Assembly: GCA_048937405.1 (NCBI GenBank)
Contig: JBHLNF010000007.1
Span: 121,336 to 185,335, forward strand
Origin: Promethearchaeota archaeon
GTDB lineage: Archaea; Asgardarchaeota; Lokiarchaeia; Sigyniarchaeales; SOKP01
Reading direction: 5' to 3'
DNA: 64,000 nt
Shown here: piece after piece, positions 20,981 through 30,571 of the stretch
Position numbering within the stretch: position 1 is the first letter of the stretch
How the letters are laid out: every line of letters starts with the position of its first letter
Program-made: the position numbers and the translations under genes
Notes under the pieces: model-generated
Seen by the model: the letters and a program-made list of their open reading frames with translations, nothing else
What the model was told of the DNA's origin: nothing
The model's database searches: none

Positions 20981-21517
20981 CTAAATTTTTCGTATATATT
21001 TTAATTTAATAATATCACTTTCCTCTAAAAAAGAAATTCCACATATATTATCTAAAATTTCAATTCTAATAACTTTATCTGGATTTTCAAGATTTACTTT
21101 ATTATCAATATCTTTAGTAATTGTATCAATAAAATTTGTCCTTTCTATTTTTTCATGTTTTCGACGCTTCAATGTTATTCTGAACGTTTCATCTTCATTA
21201 ATGAAATCTTTATAATTCTCTTGTATCAAGTAATTTATAGTCTTTATATCAGTTTCACATATAAAATCAATAGGTACAATTTTTAAAATAAATTGAAAGA
21301 AATCAGGATTTTTTTTTATTATCCCCCTTATCTCTGATATTACTTTTTTTTTATCTAAATCAGTTAGAGCAGTAATTAATCCTTGAAACGGAATTCCTGA
21401 AATAATGGGATAGGTATCACCACACATTAATAAAGTAAACCATAATTCTGCTTTTGCTTCTGTTTCATTATATCTTGGAGTTGAAACTAAAAGATTAAAA
21501 TTCTTCAATTGTATCAC
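20981..21517 (-). CDS. THUMP domain RNA-binding protein
   Basis: TFRITLKRR...KVNLENPDKVIRIEI. Confidence 0.88.
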   Translation of the reverse strand: MIQLKNFNLLVSTPRYNETEAKAELWFTLLMCGDTYPIISGIPFQGLITALTDLDKKKVISEIRGIIKKNPDFFQFILKIVPIDFICETDIKTINYLIQENYKDFINEDETFRITLKRRKHEKIERTNFIDTITKDIDNKVNLENPDKVIRIEILDNICGISFLEESDIIKLKYIRKI

Positions 21518-21522
21518 TTCAT

Positions 21523-22182
21523 TTATTTTGATAAAAATTCCAATATTTCTTCTTCAGAAATCTTTCCTTTTCGTAAAAATCTTACACTTTCACCTGTACA
21601 ATCTACTATAGTAGTTGGAATTCGTGATTTTGACTTACCACCATCAATTATCAGATCTATAGGGCTTAAAATTTTCTTAGATACTTCTTCCCCGCTAATA
21701 GAGGGAGATTCTCCAGAATAATTCGCCGAAGTTCCTATTATTCCACCGAAATATCCTTCTGATTTCAAAAGTTTTAATATATTTAATATTATTTCATTTT
21801 CAGGAACTCGTAAACCTATAGTGTCTTGATAGGCAGTTACTTCGGGAGGTATAATGCTTGGTTCCTTTTTTTTTAAAATTAAAGTTAATTGACCTGGCCA
21901 ATAGTGTTTTGCTAATCTTTCAGCGTAATTATTGAATTCAGCAATTTTAATGGCCTCTTCAAAGTCAGAAATTAGTAATAATAATCCTTTTGATCTATCA
22001 CGAAATTTAATATCATAAATCTTGTTTATAACTTCAAGATTTTGAGGATCTCCTCCTATTCCATATACGGAATTAGTAGGGAATGCAAAAATCTTTCCTT
22101 CAATAATGTTCTCAACAGCAATCTTTAAATAGAAATTAATATCCTTTAGTTCTTTTCCGGCTAATCTAATTAAAAATCCCAT
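21523..22182 (-). CDS. sua5: Threonylcarbamoyl-AMP synthase (Sua5/TsaC domain only)
   Basis: FPTNSVYGIG, IKFR, WPGQLT, GLRVP, TSANYSG. Confidence 0.93.
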   Translation of the reverse strand: MGFLIRLAGKELKDINFYLKIAVENIIEGKIFAFPTNSVYGIGGDPQNLEVINKIYDIKFRDRSKGLLLLISDFEEAIKIAEFNNYAERLAKHYWPGQLTLILKKKEPSIIPPEVTAYQDTIGLRVPENEIILNILKLLKSEGYFGGIIGTSANYSGESPSISGEEVSKKILSPIDLIIDGGKSKSRIPTTIVDCTGESVRFLRKGKISEEEILEFLSK

Positions 22183-22243
22183 TTAAAATCTAGCTGTATT
22201 TTAATACAATATTGAAAAAATAATATAATAAAAAATATAAAGA

Positions 22244-23185
22244 TTATTTTGGATATTGTTCCTGGCAGCTTAGGTCCGCTTCTAAACGTTTCCAAGTATG
22301 ATCCAAGTATTCTTGGAGTCCAATGATTTCTTTTTCTGAAATATTTGCAAATCTTTTCTGTTTAGACAGGTAATCCATCATTGGAGCTCTTTTGGAAGGA
22401 TCCAGTAATGATTTACTTGCTTTTGATAATGTCATGATTCCATTTTCTACTTCGTATAAAATCCATGAACCTGTTTTTACAGCTAATCTTGCTACTTCTA
22501 TTGATTCTGAACTATCCATACCCCAACCAGGTGGACAAGGAGCTAGAATATGAATATATCTGCAACCTTTAATCGACTTTGCTTTCTTAAACTTATCATA
22601 TAAATCAAGTGGTTCACTAATCGAACAAGTAGCTACATAAGGTATATCATGAGCAGCCATAATTGCTGGAAGATTCTTTTTGAAACGTTCCTTTCCTTTT
22701 GTAGTTGTCGTGGTCCATGCTCCATGTGGTGTACTTGAAGATCGTTGAATGCCTGTATTCATATATGCCTCATTATCATAACATACATAAATTTGATCAG
22801 AATTTCTTTCTGCTGCTCCACTTAAACCTTGAATTCCAATATCCGCTGTTCCACCATCTCCTGCAAATGTAATTGCTGTCATATCATCCCAGCCCTTACC
22901 AGGAAATCTATATGCTTTAGCCTTAAAAGCGGCAGATAAACCTGTTGCAGCTGCGGCTCCCGCAGCAAAAGCCATATTTGTAAATGGAAAATTTGGAGCT
23001 GTTTTAGGCCATAATCCGACAACAACATTAAGACAGGAAGCGGGAGTAACAAGGGCTGTATTGGGGCCCAATGCTTTCATTGCCCATCTTAGAGCGATTT
23101 CTAAACCACATCCTGCACAGCATGAATTTCCTGGAAGAAAATATTCTTCTTGGCAAGATTCTAATGCTTCTTTTAATTTTGTCAT
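22244..23185 (-). CDS. porB: Pyruvate/2-oxoacid:ferredoxin oxidoreductase beta subunit
   Basis: CAGCG, GDGGTADIG TPP motif, YDNEAYMNTGIQRS, CPPGW. Confidence 0.95.
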   Translation of the reverse strand: MTKLKEALESCQEEYFLPGNSCCAGCGLEIALRWAMKALGPNTALVTPASCLNVVVGLWPKTAPNFPFTNMAFAAGAAAATGLSAAFKAKAYRFPGKGWDDMTAITFAGDGGTADIGIQGLSGAAERNSDQIYVCYDNEAYMNTGIQRSSSTPHGAWTTTTTKGKERFKKNLPAIMAAHDIPYVATCSISEPLDLYDKFKKAKSIKGCRYIHILAPCPPGWGMDSSESIEVARLAVKTGSWILYEVENGIMTLSKASKSLLDPSKRAPMMDYLSKQKRFANISEKEIIGLQEYLDHTWKRLEADLSCQEQYPK

Positions 23186-23189
23186 TATA

Positions 23190-24446
23190 TCATTCCACCT
23201 CTAATAATCCGTCCCAGAGAGTTCCATGAATTATATCTTTTGGAAGTTCTCCGGTTTCATTATATTTAACTAATTTTTTTAATTGCTCTTTTTGCTGCTC
23301 AAGAGAAACTTCTCTTCCCCCTAAACCATTAATTATTGGTAATATTGTGGCAGTTCCTTTGGTTTCATGAAGTACACCTTTAACTTCACAACTCACTGGT
23401 CCTCCTGTTTGAGAACCAAAAGCTGTAGCTCTATCTATAACTCCAAGAACTTTCACCTTTTTAGCAACATCAAGAATATCTTCTGTAGGAAAGGGTCTAA
23501 AATGTCGAAGCTTTACCATACCAACTTTATAACCTTCATCTCTTAATTGATCTACAGCTTCTTCCATTTGTAATGCTAAATCTCCATATATAATTACCGC
23601 CACGTCTGCATTATCCATTTTGTATTCTTGAATTAGACCATTACCATAATCTCTACCAAATACCTTCTTAAATTCTGCTGCTGCTTGCTTAATTTTCTCT
23701 TTAGCTTTCATAAATGCATCATGAATCTTTAATCGAAATTCATAATAAAAACCAGAAGGCATGATAAGATTGCCAAACATCATTGGTCTTTTTGGGTCCA
23801 TCCAAATATGTGGCCAACCTTCCTCACTCGGTAATGGCGGTATGTATTTATCTACAAGATCTTGATCTTCAATAATAACAGGTTTAGAAGTATGTGAGAG
23901 AATAAATCCTCCATATGCAACAAATTTAGGCAAAAGAATATCCTGATCTTCGCAAACCTTATACGACATTAATATTTCATCATAAATTTCTTGATGGGCA
24001 GCACAGAAAGAACTCATCCATCCTGTATCACGCTGACTTATTACGTCAGTAAAATCCGCCCAAATATTCCAGGGTGGTGCGGGTGCTCGAGATGCTATAG
24101 CGACTACAATAGGAAGTCTAGCACCACCAGCCCAATGAATCATTTCATGAGCATAAAATATACCCTGACCAGATGTTGCAGTGAAAGTTCTAGTACCTGC
24201 TTTACTGGCACCCACCACTGCTCCGAAAACACTATGTTCTGATTCCACTTTAATATATTCAGTTCCAGGCATTTCCCCATTGTCAACGAATTCTGATAAT
24301 TTTTCGACAACAGTGGTTTGTGGAGTGATAGGATAAGCACTAATCACCTGCACTCGTGCGGATTTTGCTGCATAAGCTGCTGCTACATTTCCTTTTATAA
24401 TAATAGTTTCTCTTTCTTGAATAAAATCTTTCTGAGCTTCAGTCAT
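23190..24446 (-). CDS. porA: Pyruvate/2-oxoacid:ferredoxin oxidoreductase alpha subunit
   Basis: AYPITPQT, VESEHS, TATSGQG, FRPFP. Confidence 0.95.
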   Translation of the reverse strand: MTEAQKDFIQERETIIIKGNVAAAYAAKSARVQVISAYPITPQTTVVEKLSEFVDNGEMPGTEYIKVESEHSVFGAVVGASKAGTRTFTATSGQGIFYAHEMIHWAGGARLPIVVAIASRAPAPPWNIWADFTDVISQRDTGWMSSFCAAHQEIYDEILMSYKVCEDQDILLPKFVAYGGFILSHTSKPVIIEDQDLVDKYIPPLPSEEGWPHIWMDPKRPMMFGNLIMPSGFYYEFRLKIHDAFMKAKEKIKQAAAEFKKVFGRDYGNGLIQEYKMDNADVAVIIYGDLALQMEEAVDQLRDEGYKVGMVKLRHFRPFPTEDILDVAKKVKVLGVIDRATAFGSQTGGPVSCEVKGVLHETKGTATILPIINGLGGREVSLEQQKEQLKKLVKYNETGELPKDIIHGTLWDGLLEVE

Positions 24447-24786
24447 TTTTTATATCACTCTCCCTTATCATATCTATGTTATTTGTTGGGCATTCTTTTG
24501 CACATATACCACATCCTTTACAGTATAACAAATCAATTTCGAATGTGCCATCTTCTTTTCTTTTAATTACACCCTCTGGACAATACATCCAGCATATTCC
24601 ACACTTATTACATCCTTCTTTAATTATAGGTCTAAAAGTTCTCCAATCGCCAGTTGTACCAATATTTCCTTCAATGGGTAATGATATTGGAATTGGAGGT
24701 AATTCTTTCCAATTTTTATATTCTTGAACCTTAGGACGCTCTTTTATTGATTTATTAATTTTCTTCCATTTTTTTGATTCTGACAT
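24439..24786 (-). CDS. porD: 2-oxoacid:ferredoxin oxidoreductase delta subunit (2x[4Fe-4S])
   Basis: TGDWRTFRP, CxxCxxCxxxCP twice. Confidence 0.95.
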   Translation of the reverse strand: MSESKKWKKINKSIKERPKVQEYKNWKELPPIPISLPIEGNIGTTGDWRTFRPIIKEGCNKCGICWMYCPEGVIKRKEDGTFEIDLLYCKGCGICAKECPTNNIDMIRESDIKND

Positions 24787-24788
24787 GA

Positions 24789-25364
24789 TTAAACCTCTTT
24801 AACTGATTCATATGCATCTTTAGCAACGCTCATATTTTTCTCTAATCTGTTTTCTCCAAATTCCTTCGTAATAACTTTCTCCATAGTTTCTAAATTATAG
24901 TATCCTGTAACCTTCCCGAAAGCTCCTAACATAGGTATATTTAAAATTGGTCCACTTGCATGCATAAAATTCCTTTTAATACATATCCCTGTGGCATCTA
25001 CAAGAAAGATCTTAATGTTATTTGGGAGATCACTTTTATCTATTTTATTAGCACTATTAATTATGAGATTAACTCCTTCTTTTATTGTACTTCTAATCGT
25101 GGGAATCTCTAATAATGAAGTATCAAAAATAAGCATATAATCAGGATTTTTTACACTATCATACGTTTTAATTGATTTATTTTTCGAAACTTTTGTAAAT
25201 GCTTGAATTGGAGCACCTCTTCGTTCAGCTCCAATTATCGGAATTGCAATTGTATCCTTGAAATCTTCCTCGTATGCCATTTCTGCTAACAATTGACTCG
25301 CAGTAATACATGTCTGACCACCTCTACAATGCATCGATATTTCTACTATCTTTTCATTCGACAT
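24789..25364 (-). CDS. porG: 2-oxoacid:ferredoxin oxidoreductase gamma subunit
   Basis: HCRGGQ, GAERRGAP, NIPMLGA. Confidence 0.93.
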   Translation of the reverse strand: MSNEKIVEISMHCRGGQTCITASQLLAEMAYEEDFKDTIAIPIIGAERRGAPIQAFTKVSKNKSIKTYDSVKNPDYMLIFDTSLLEIPTIRSTIKEGVNLIINSANKIDKSDLPNNIKIFLVDATGICIKRNFMHASGPILNIPMLGAFGKVTGYYNLETMEKVITKEFGENRLEKNMSVAKDAYESVKEV

Positions 25365-25766
25365 TTTTTTCCACTTTTTTCTTTTTTAATTTTTATATGC
25401 AATTTTCTCAGAACAACCAACAAAAACGCCGAGATATAACTTTTCTGGGTTGTCTGTTAGTTAAATTCTTATACTAATACAAGAATAAGAATTAATGATA
25501 ATAATACTAATAAGTTTCGGATAATAATACTATGATTTTTGCCTATAATCATCATTATTTCCTCGACGTTATAATATTATTCAAAAATTTATAATACTTT
25601 TATTTAATATCTTAAAAAACAGTGATCAATAAAAAATTTTCGAAATAGATTTATAATTTTGGGAATAATAAACAAAAAAGTAATTAGCTTAATTAGATAA
25701 ATATCAAAACAGAAAAAAAGTAGTGTTTATTATTTTAAATTAAATAAACCGTTTTATATTGAAGTT

Positions 25767-26330
25767 ATGTCAGAAAAGGCAGCAAATTCAGAAGAAGTTT
25801 TTTCCTTCAAGTGCCCAACTTGTAAAAATGGTATAATTGCCATTAAAAAAGCGATATATGACTTGCCAGATGGGGATAAAATGCTGATATTAAAATTTGA
25901 ATGCAATTCCTGTAATTTCCATAAAAACGATATAATCCCCTTAACTACAAATATGGAATCGGGAATTATGACCTTAAGAATTACCGAAGAGAATGACCTA
26001 AAATCTAAGATTTACCGATCACCTACAGGTAAATTAGAGATTCCTGAACTAGATATAATAGTAGAACCGGGTCCCAGAGCTGATTTCTATTATACTAACG
26101 TACAAGGTATATTATTTCGATTTGAACAGGCAGTCTCAATATATAGAAATAGCCTTGAAAAGAATGATCCAGCTAAAAGTGAAATGGATGAACTTTTATC
26201 TACTTTAAAACATGCTATAGAAGGTAAATTTAAGTTTACTTTAAAATTGACAGATTTCCAGGGAGGTAGTTATATCATTCCTGAAGATAAATCAAAATAC
26301 ACTTTCAAGAAAATTCAGAAAGAGGAATGA
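25767..26330 (+). CDS. zpr1: ZPR1-type zinc finger protein
   Basis: CPTC...CNSC, IPEL.I.VEPG, TNVQG, LTDFQGGSYI. Confidence 0.9.
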   Translation: MSEKAANSEEVFSFKCPTCKNGIIAIKKAIYDLPDGDKMLILKFECNSCNFHKNDIIPLTTNMESGIMTLRITEENDLKSKIYRSPTGKLEIPELDIIVEPGPRADFYYTNVQGILFRFEQAVSIYRNSLEKNDPAKSEMDELLSTLKHAIEGKFKFTLKLTDFQGGSYIIPEDKSKYTFKKIQKEE

Positions 26331-26465
26331 TTTAGGATTTTTTTCTAATTTTATAATCTTTTTATGAAAATTAAAAAATCAGAAAGTTAAGAAAGCTAAG
26401 AGATTTAAGAAGGAAGTTAATCAATTTATTGTAACAAGAAATTCTTAGCTAGAAAGAGACAAATA

Positions 26466-27542
26466 ATGCAGCGAGAGATAAAACACTACAATAGGTGGTT
26501 AACTAATAATATTCAAGGTTATCTAAAAGGACTTAAGGGTGAAATCAGGGTCCTATTTGAACCATATATAGAATTCAAAAAAATGGGTACACTTTTTGGG
26601 CTTTACAAAAATTACATTCCAACTAATAGGATGCATAAATATTGTAGAAAAATTATAGCTAAAAATACTTTAGATAAAATGCGTGCTAAATTCAAAAAAT
26701 TTATTGAAATTTGGATAGAAAAATACCCACATTTGGTTCAGTCATTATTATTAGTACAATCTTATATTATGAAGTATATTGATGAATATGAGGTAATTCT
26801 TCAACCAAAACCTTCCCCAGATTATCAAATGTACAAATTCCATCCTGCTTTTAAAAGAAACTATTTTGAAATAATCGATACATATGAAAAAGCATATTGG
26901 CTTGGATTTCTATTTGCTGATGGATGGATTGCAATAGAACATAAGAAATCTGGAGATTATTATCGAATGGGGCTCCAATTATCATATAGCGATAAAAGAG
27001 TTGTTAAGGAACTTTGTAAATGTATAGGATTAAATCCCAGTTTTATTAAAATTCGTCTAGTAAAAAGTGATTTTAGTACGAAAATATATCCTATAAGTGA
27101 AATTAGATGGGGAGATCAGAAAATGGCTCAAGATCTATTAAAAATAGGGATGAGATATGAAAATAATGAAGAAAAAGGAAGACGAGTTAAAACACCAAAA
27201 CTTCCAAACTTAAAAAACCGAAATTTGATGCTAGCATTTTTATTAGGTTTCTATGATGGTGATGGCACCCTTGGATATGATAAAAAGACTGGTAAAATTC
27301 GTCCTAGAATTGCTTCCTCAGATATTGAATTTTTACGACAAATAAAAAATTTTTTTGGAATTAAATACAAAATTTCTTCCACTGCGATGTTATATTTCAA
27401 TATTAGAAAAAAGAAAATGATTAAAACAAGAGGGAGTAGACTTGATATTGAAAAAGAGATTTTTAAAAAAATGTTAAGTGTATATAAAAAAAGTCTTGAA
27501 AGGAAAAGAGTTTCATTAGATTATTTTAATGGTACTCATTAA
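26466..27542 (+). CDS. Free-standing double-motif LAGLIDADG homing endonuclease-like protein
   Basis: AYWLGFLFADGWI and AFLLGFYDGDGTL motifs. Confidence 0.88.
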   Translation: MQREIKHYNRWLTNNIQGYLKGLKGEIRVLFEPYIEFKKMGTLFGLYKNYIPTNRMHKYCRKIIAKNTLDKMRAKFKKFIEIWIEKYPHLVQSLLLVQSYIMKYIDEYEVILQPKPSPDYQMYKFHPAFKRNYFEIIDTYEKAYWLGFLFADGWIAIEHKKSGDYYRMGLQLSYSDKRVVKELCKCIGLNPSFIKIRLVKSDFSTKIYPISEIRWGDQKMAQDLLKIGMRYENNEEKGRRVKTPKLPNLKNRNLMLAFLLGFYDGDGTLGYDKKTGKIRPRIASSDIEFLRQIKNFFGIKYKISSTAMLYFNIRKKKMIKTRGSRLDIEKEIFKKMLSVYKKSLERKRVSLDYFNGTH

Positions 27543-27640
27543 AATTGAATAAAATAGTTATTGATATAAGATATTTTTTTTATAATTTGCATTCTTTCTA
27601 ATAGATATAATATCAAAAAACGTTTTAGAAGAAGGTTTAT

Positions 27641-28820
27641 ATGACAATAAAACGAGTAGGAATTTTAACAGGCGGCGGAGTCATGTCTAAGATTTAACTT
27701 AACTGCCGTTTACTGTCCTGGGTTAAATTCTGTTCTCTATGGAATCATGCTTAAAGGTTATGATGCAGGAATTGAATGTGTTGGGATCCTGAAAGGATGG
27801 AAAGGATTTGTGGAAAATCAAACAATTCCACTTGATATTGCAGAACATGATGATTTACATACTGTTGGTGGAACAATTTTATATACAAGTAGAACAAATC
27901 CCTTTAAAAATGTGAGTTCAAAAGAGCAAAAAGCAAAAAATTTAACCAAAAAATTTGAAGAATTAGGAATTGATGCTCTAATTGCTATCGGTGGAGATGA
28001 TACTCTTGGAGTAGCTGATACTATATATAAGTTTGGAGATGCTAAGGTAGTTGGAGTGCCCAAAACCATTGATAATGATTTAGCAGGGACTCATTATACA
28101 TTTGGATTTTGGAGTGCTGTACAATTAGCTTCAAATACTCTCGATAATCTTACTACTACTGCTCATTCACATCAGAGAGTATTTGTTGTAGAAATTATGG
28201 GAAGGGATGCTGGTTTTTTAACAATGTATAGCGGAATTTCTGCAGGAGCAGATATAATCTTAATTCCAGAAACTCCATTTGATTTAGAAAAAGATATAAT
28301 AAATGTTTTGAAAAATCGAGTTGATGCAGGATATAAATATCACATTATTGCTACATCAGAAGGAGCATATCCTAAATTAGAATCGCTAAATAGAGATTTT
28401 AAAACTATTTCAAAAGAAACAATTGATAAACTACCGAAGGATACATATGGAAATCCTTTATTGGCTAAATTAGGTATGTCTAAAATAATTGTCGATGAAC
28501 TTGATTTAAGAGATGATTTAAAAGAAAAATTTCAAGAAAATGGAGTAGAATTTGAGTGTAGAAGTGTAGTACTTGGTCATACTATGCGAGCAGGAACTCC
28601 AAATTCATTTGATAGAATATTAGGGTTAAGATTTGGATTAGCAGCAATGAAACTTGTTTTAAACGGTGAATTTGGGAATATGGTCTCTCTTCAAGGAAAT
28701 AAAATTCAAACAGTTCCCTTATCAGAAGGAGTTAAAAAGAAATATATCACCACCGAGAATGATAAAATGGAATTAAGAGATCTTTTAGTAAAAATCCGCT
28801 ATTTATCCAAACAAAAATAA
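27641..28820 (+). CDS. pfp: PPi-type 6-phosphofructokinase, join(27641..27680,27712..28820), 382 aa after removal of a 31-nt intron
   Basis: Exon 1 MTIKRVGILTGGG + spliced GAC + CPGLNSVLYGI is in frame with ORF 27747..28820; GGDDT and PKTIDND indicate PPi specificity; MGRDAG, LGHTMR. Confidence 0.92.
27681..27711 (+). other. 31-nt bulge-helix-bulge (tRNA-type) intron in the pfk mRNA
   Basis: Helix GCGG(27675-78)/CCGU(27706-09), bulges AG|U and UU|A, internal and exon stems; removal restores the GAC (Asp) codon. Confidence 0.88.
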
Positions 28821-28876
28821 AACATAGTTAATCTAAATAGAATGTTAAATTAAAATATAATCTCATTCTCTAATTT

Positions 28877-29137
28877 ATGAATGAAATAAAAGGAATTCTT
28901 TTTGTAAGAATAGAAAGAAAGGGAACACGATCAGAAGGACCTGAATATTTCATTAAGCCAATAGATGATTACAAAAAAAGATGGTCTGAAGTTATTGTAA
29001 GGAAAAGAACTCACTTATGGGAGAATGATCCTAAATTACATAAATTTCTAAATAAAAATGTGATGATAAGTGGAGATATCATCGAAACGAAAAATACCAT
29101 TACTATTGATTACTTAAAAGTGGAACTTTTGGTTTAA
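28877..29137 (+). CDS. Small conserved hypothetical protein (OB-like)
   Basis: Intact 86-aa ORF with GTRSEGPEY motif. Confidence 0.6.
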   Translation: MNEIKGILFVRIERKGTRSEGPEYFIKPIDDYKKRWSEVIVRKRTHLWENDPKLHKFLNKNVMISGDIIETKNTITIDYLKVELLV

Positions 29138-29239
29138 TTCTTGAGCATTATTTTTAATTAATAAGAAGAAAAAGTGGGGAATTTAAATCTCTCAGTAAAG
29201 ATATATCACTACAAACCATTTTAATTAGGTATAAGAATA

Positions 29240-30466
29240 ATGCAATTAAAAAGTAAATCAGTTGTATTACTACTTGTTTTGGGTGTAAGTTTTTTTTCAG
29301 GGTTTATAACAATTGCTAATGCATGTAGACCTGATTACACTGAACGTAATTATGCAGAATGGAGAACTAATAACAATCAACCCTATTTATATGTGAAAGC
29401 TGATGATTACTATACCCTTGGATTTTTAGAAGGTCAAAATTTAGCTTTTCAAATAGCTTGGATGAAACTGATGATTATGCTTCAAGCTCAAGAATTAGGA
29501 CTTTCCTATGAAATGGCACTTTCCTATACTTTAGAATATCTTGATTTTATTCCAGAAGACTATTTAACTGAAATGCAAGGAATGGCGGATGCTATTGATG
29601 TTGTATCTATTCCATTTATGGGGAATACCTATGAAATATCAATTGATTTTATGGATATCTTAGCTCAAAACTGTTTTTGGGATATTTATTATGGGAAAAT
29701 CATTCCAATGCTAACTGGATATCCACAATCTCCATTAATAGCGGGAGGATGCACTGCAATAGGATCCTACACTAATAGAAAAACGGTTTTCGGACAAACA
29801 ATTGATCTTTCTCAATTAATGATGCCAACAGTGTCATGGGTCTATACCAGAATAAATAACAAAAGACTATTCTCATTTAGAATAGGTAGTATGTTGGCTA
29901 TGGGTGGAATAAATAAATGGGGCCTTTCAATATCTGTTAACCTAATTGAAGTATTTAATTACGGATGTTCAGGTATTCCGCTATCTATTATTTATAGGAG
30001 TATATTAGAAAACACCAGATCTGTTAAGCAAGCAACAAATAAAATTATTTCTAACGACTTTACATTAGGATGGAACTACATAATAAGAACTAAAAGAATT
30101 ATGGTAGCTATCGAAACTATTCCTAATTCTTACTCATTAGAGAGAGTTGCAAGAGGAAGCTATACTTTTGATGCTAACATTTATGAAAATGCCTTATTCA
30201 AGATGCTTATGATTTACCCCACTAAATACTTAGAACGATATAATAGAGTTTCTGAATTATGTCAAGATAATAACCAAGATGGGAACTTAGATATCAACGA
30301 ATTAGTCAATATTTGCTCAGATACTCAAATTTCAAGAATATTCACTTCCGCAGATCCTATGGAAATAGGCACAGTCGGTTCTTTTTTCGTTGATCACAAA
30401 AATAGAGTTTACTTTTGCTTAGGAAATCCATTAGACTCAAACTTAGGATTAATAACATTTATTTAA
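29240..30466 (+). CDS. Secreted C45-family Ntn hydrolase (acyl-CoA:6-APA acyltransferase-like)
   Basis: Signal peptide, EMQGMADA, GG|CTAI autoprocessing Cys, GQTID, GINKWGL. Confidence 0.8.
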   Translation: MQLKSKSVVLLLVLGVSFFSGFITIANACRPDYTERNYAEWRTNNNQPYLYVKADDYYTLGFLEGQNLAFQIAWMKLMIMLQAQELGLSYEMALSYTLEYLDFIPEDYLTEMQGMADAIDVVSIPFMGNTYEISIDFMDILAQNCFWDIYYGKIIPMLTGYPQSPLIAGGCTAIGSYTNRKTVFGQTIDLSQLMMPTVSWVYTRINNKRLFSFRIGSMLAMGGINKWGLSISVNLIEVFNYGCSGIPLSIIYRSILENTRSVKQATNKIISNDFTLGWNYIIRTKRIMVAIETIPNSYSLERVARGSYTFDANIYENALFKMLMIYPTKYLERYNRVSELCQDNNQDGNLDINELVNICSDTQISRIFTSADPMEIGTVGSFFVDHKNRVYFCLGNPLDSNLGLITFI

Positions 30467-30571
30467 ATAAATTAAATAAGTACTAAAGTCAATTTTAAAT
30501 CTTTTTTTTTTTAATTTTTGTTTTTCAAATCTTTATTATCAAAATCCTCATTTTATCATCTACTTCAATAT

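Noticed and set aside
27747-28820. PFK as a 357-aa protein starting at ATG 27747, or as a frameshifted pseudogene
   Set aside because: It would lack the essential GGGDxPG motif, which is present upstream and restored exactly by BHB-predicted splicing; the rest of the gene is intact
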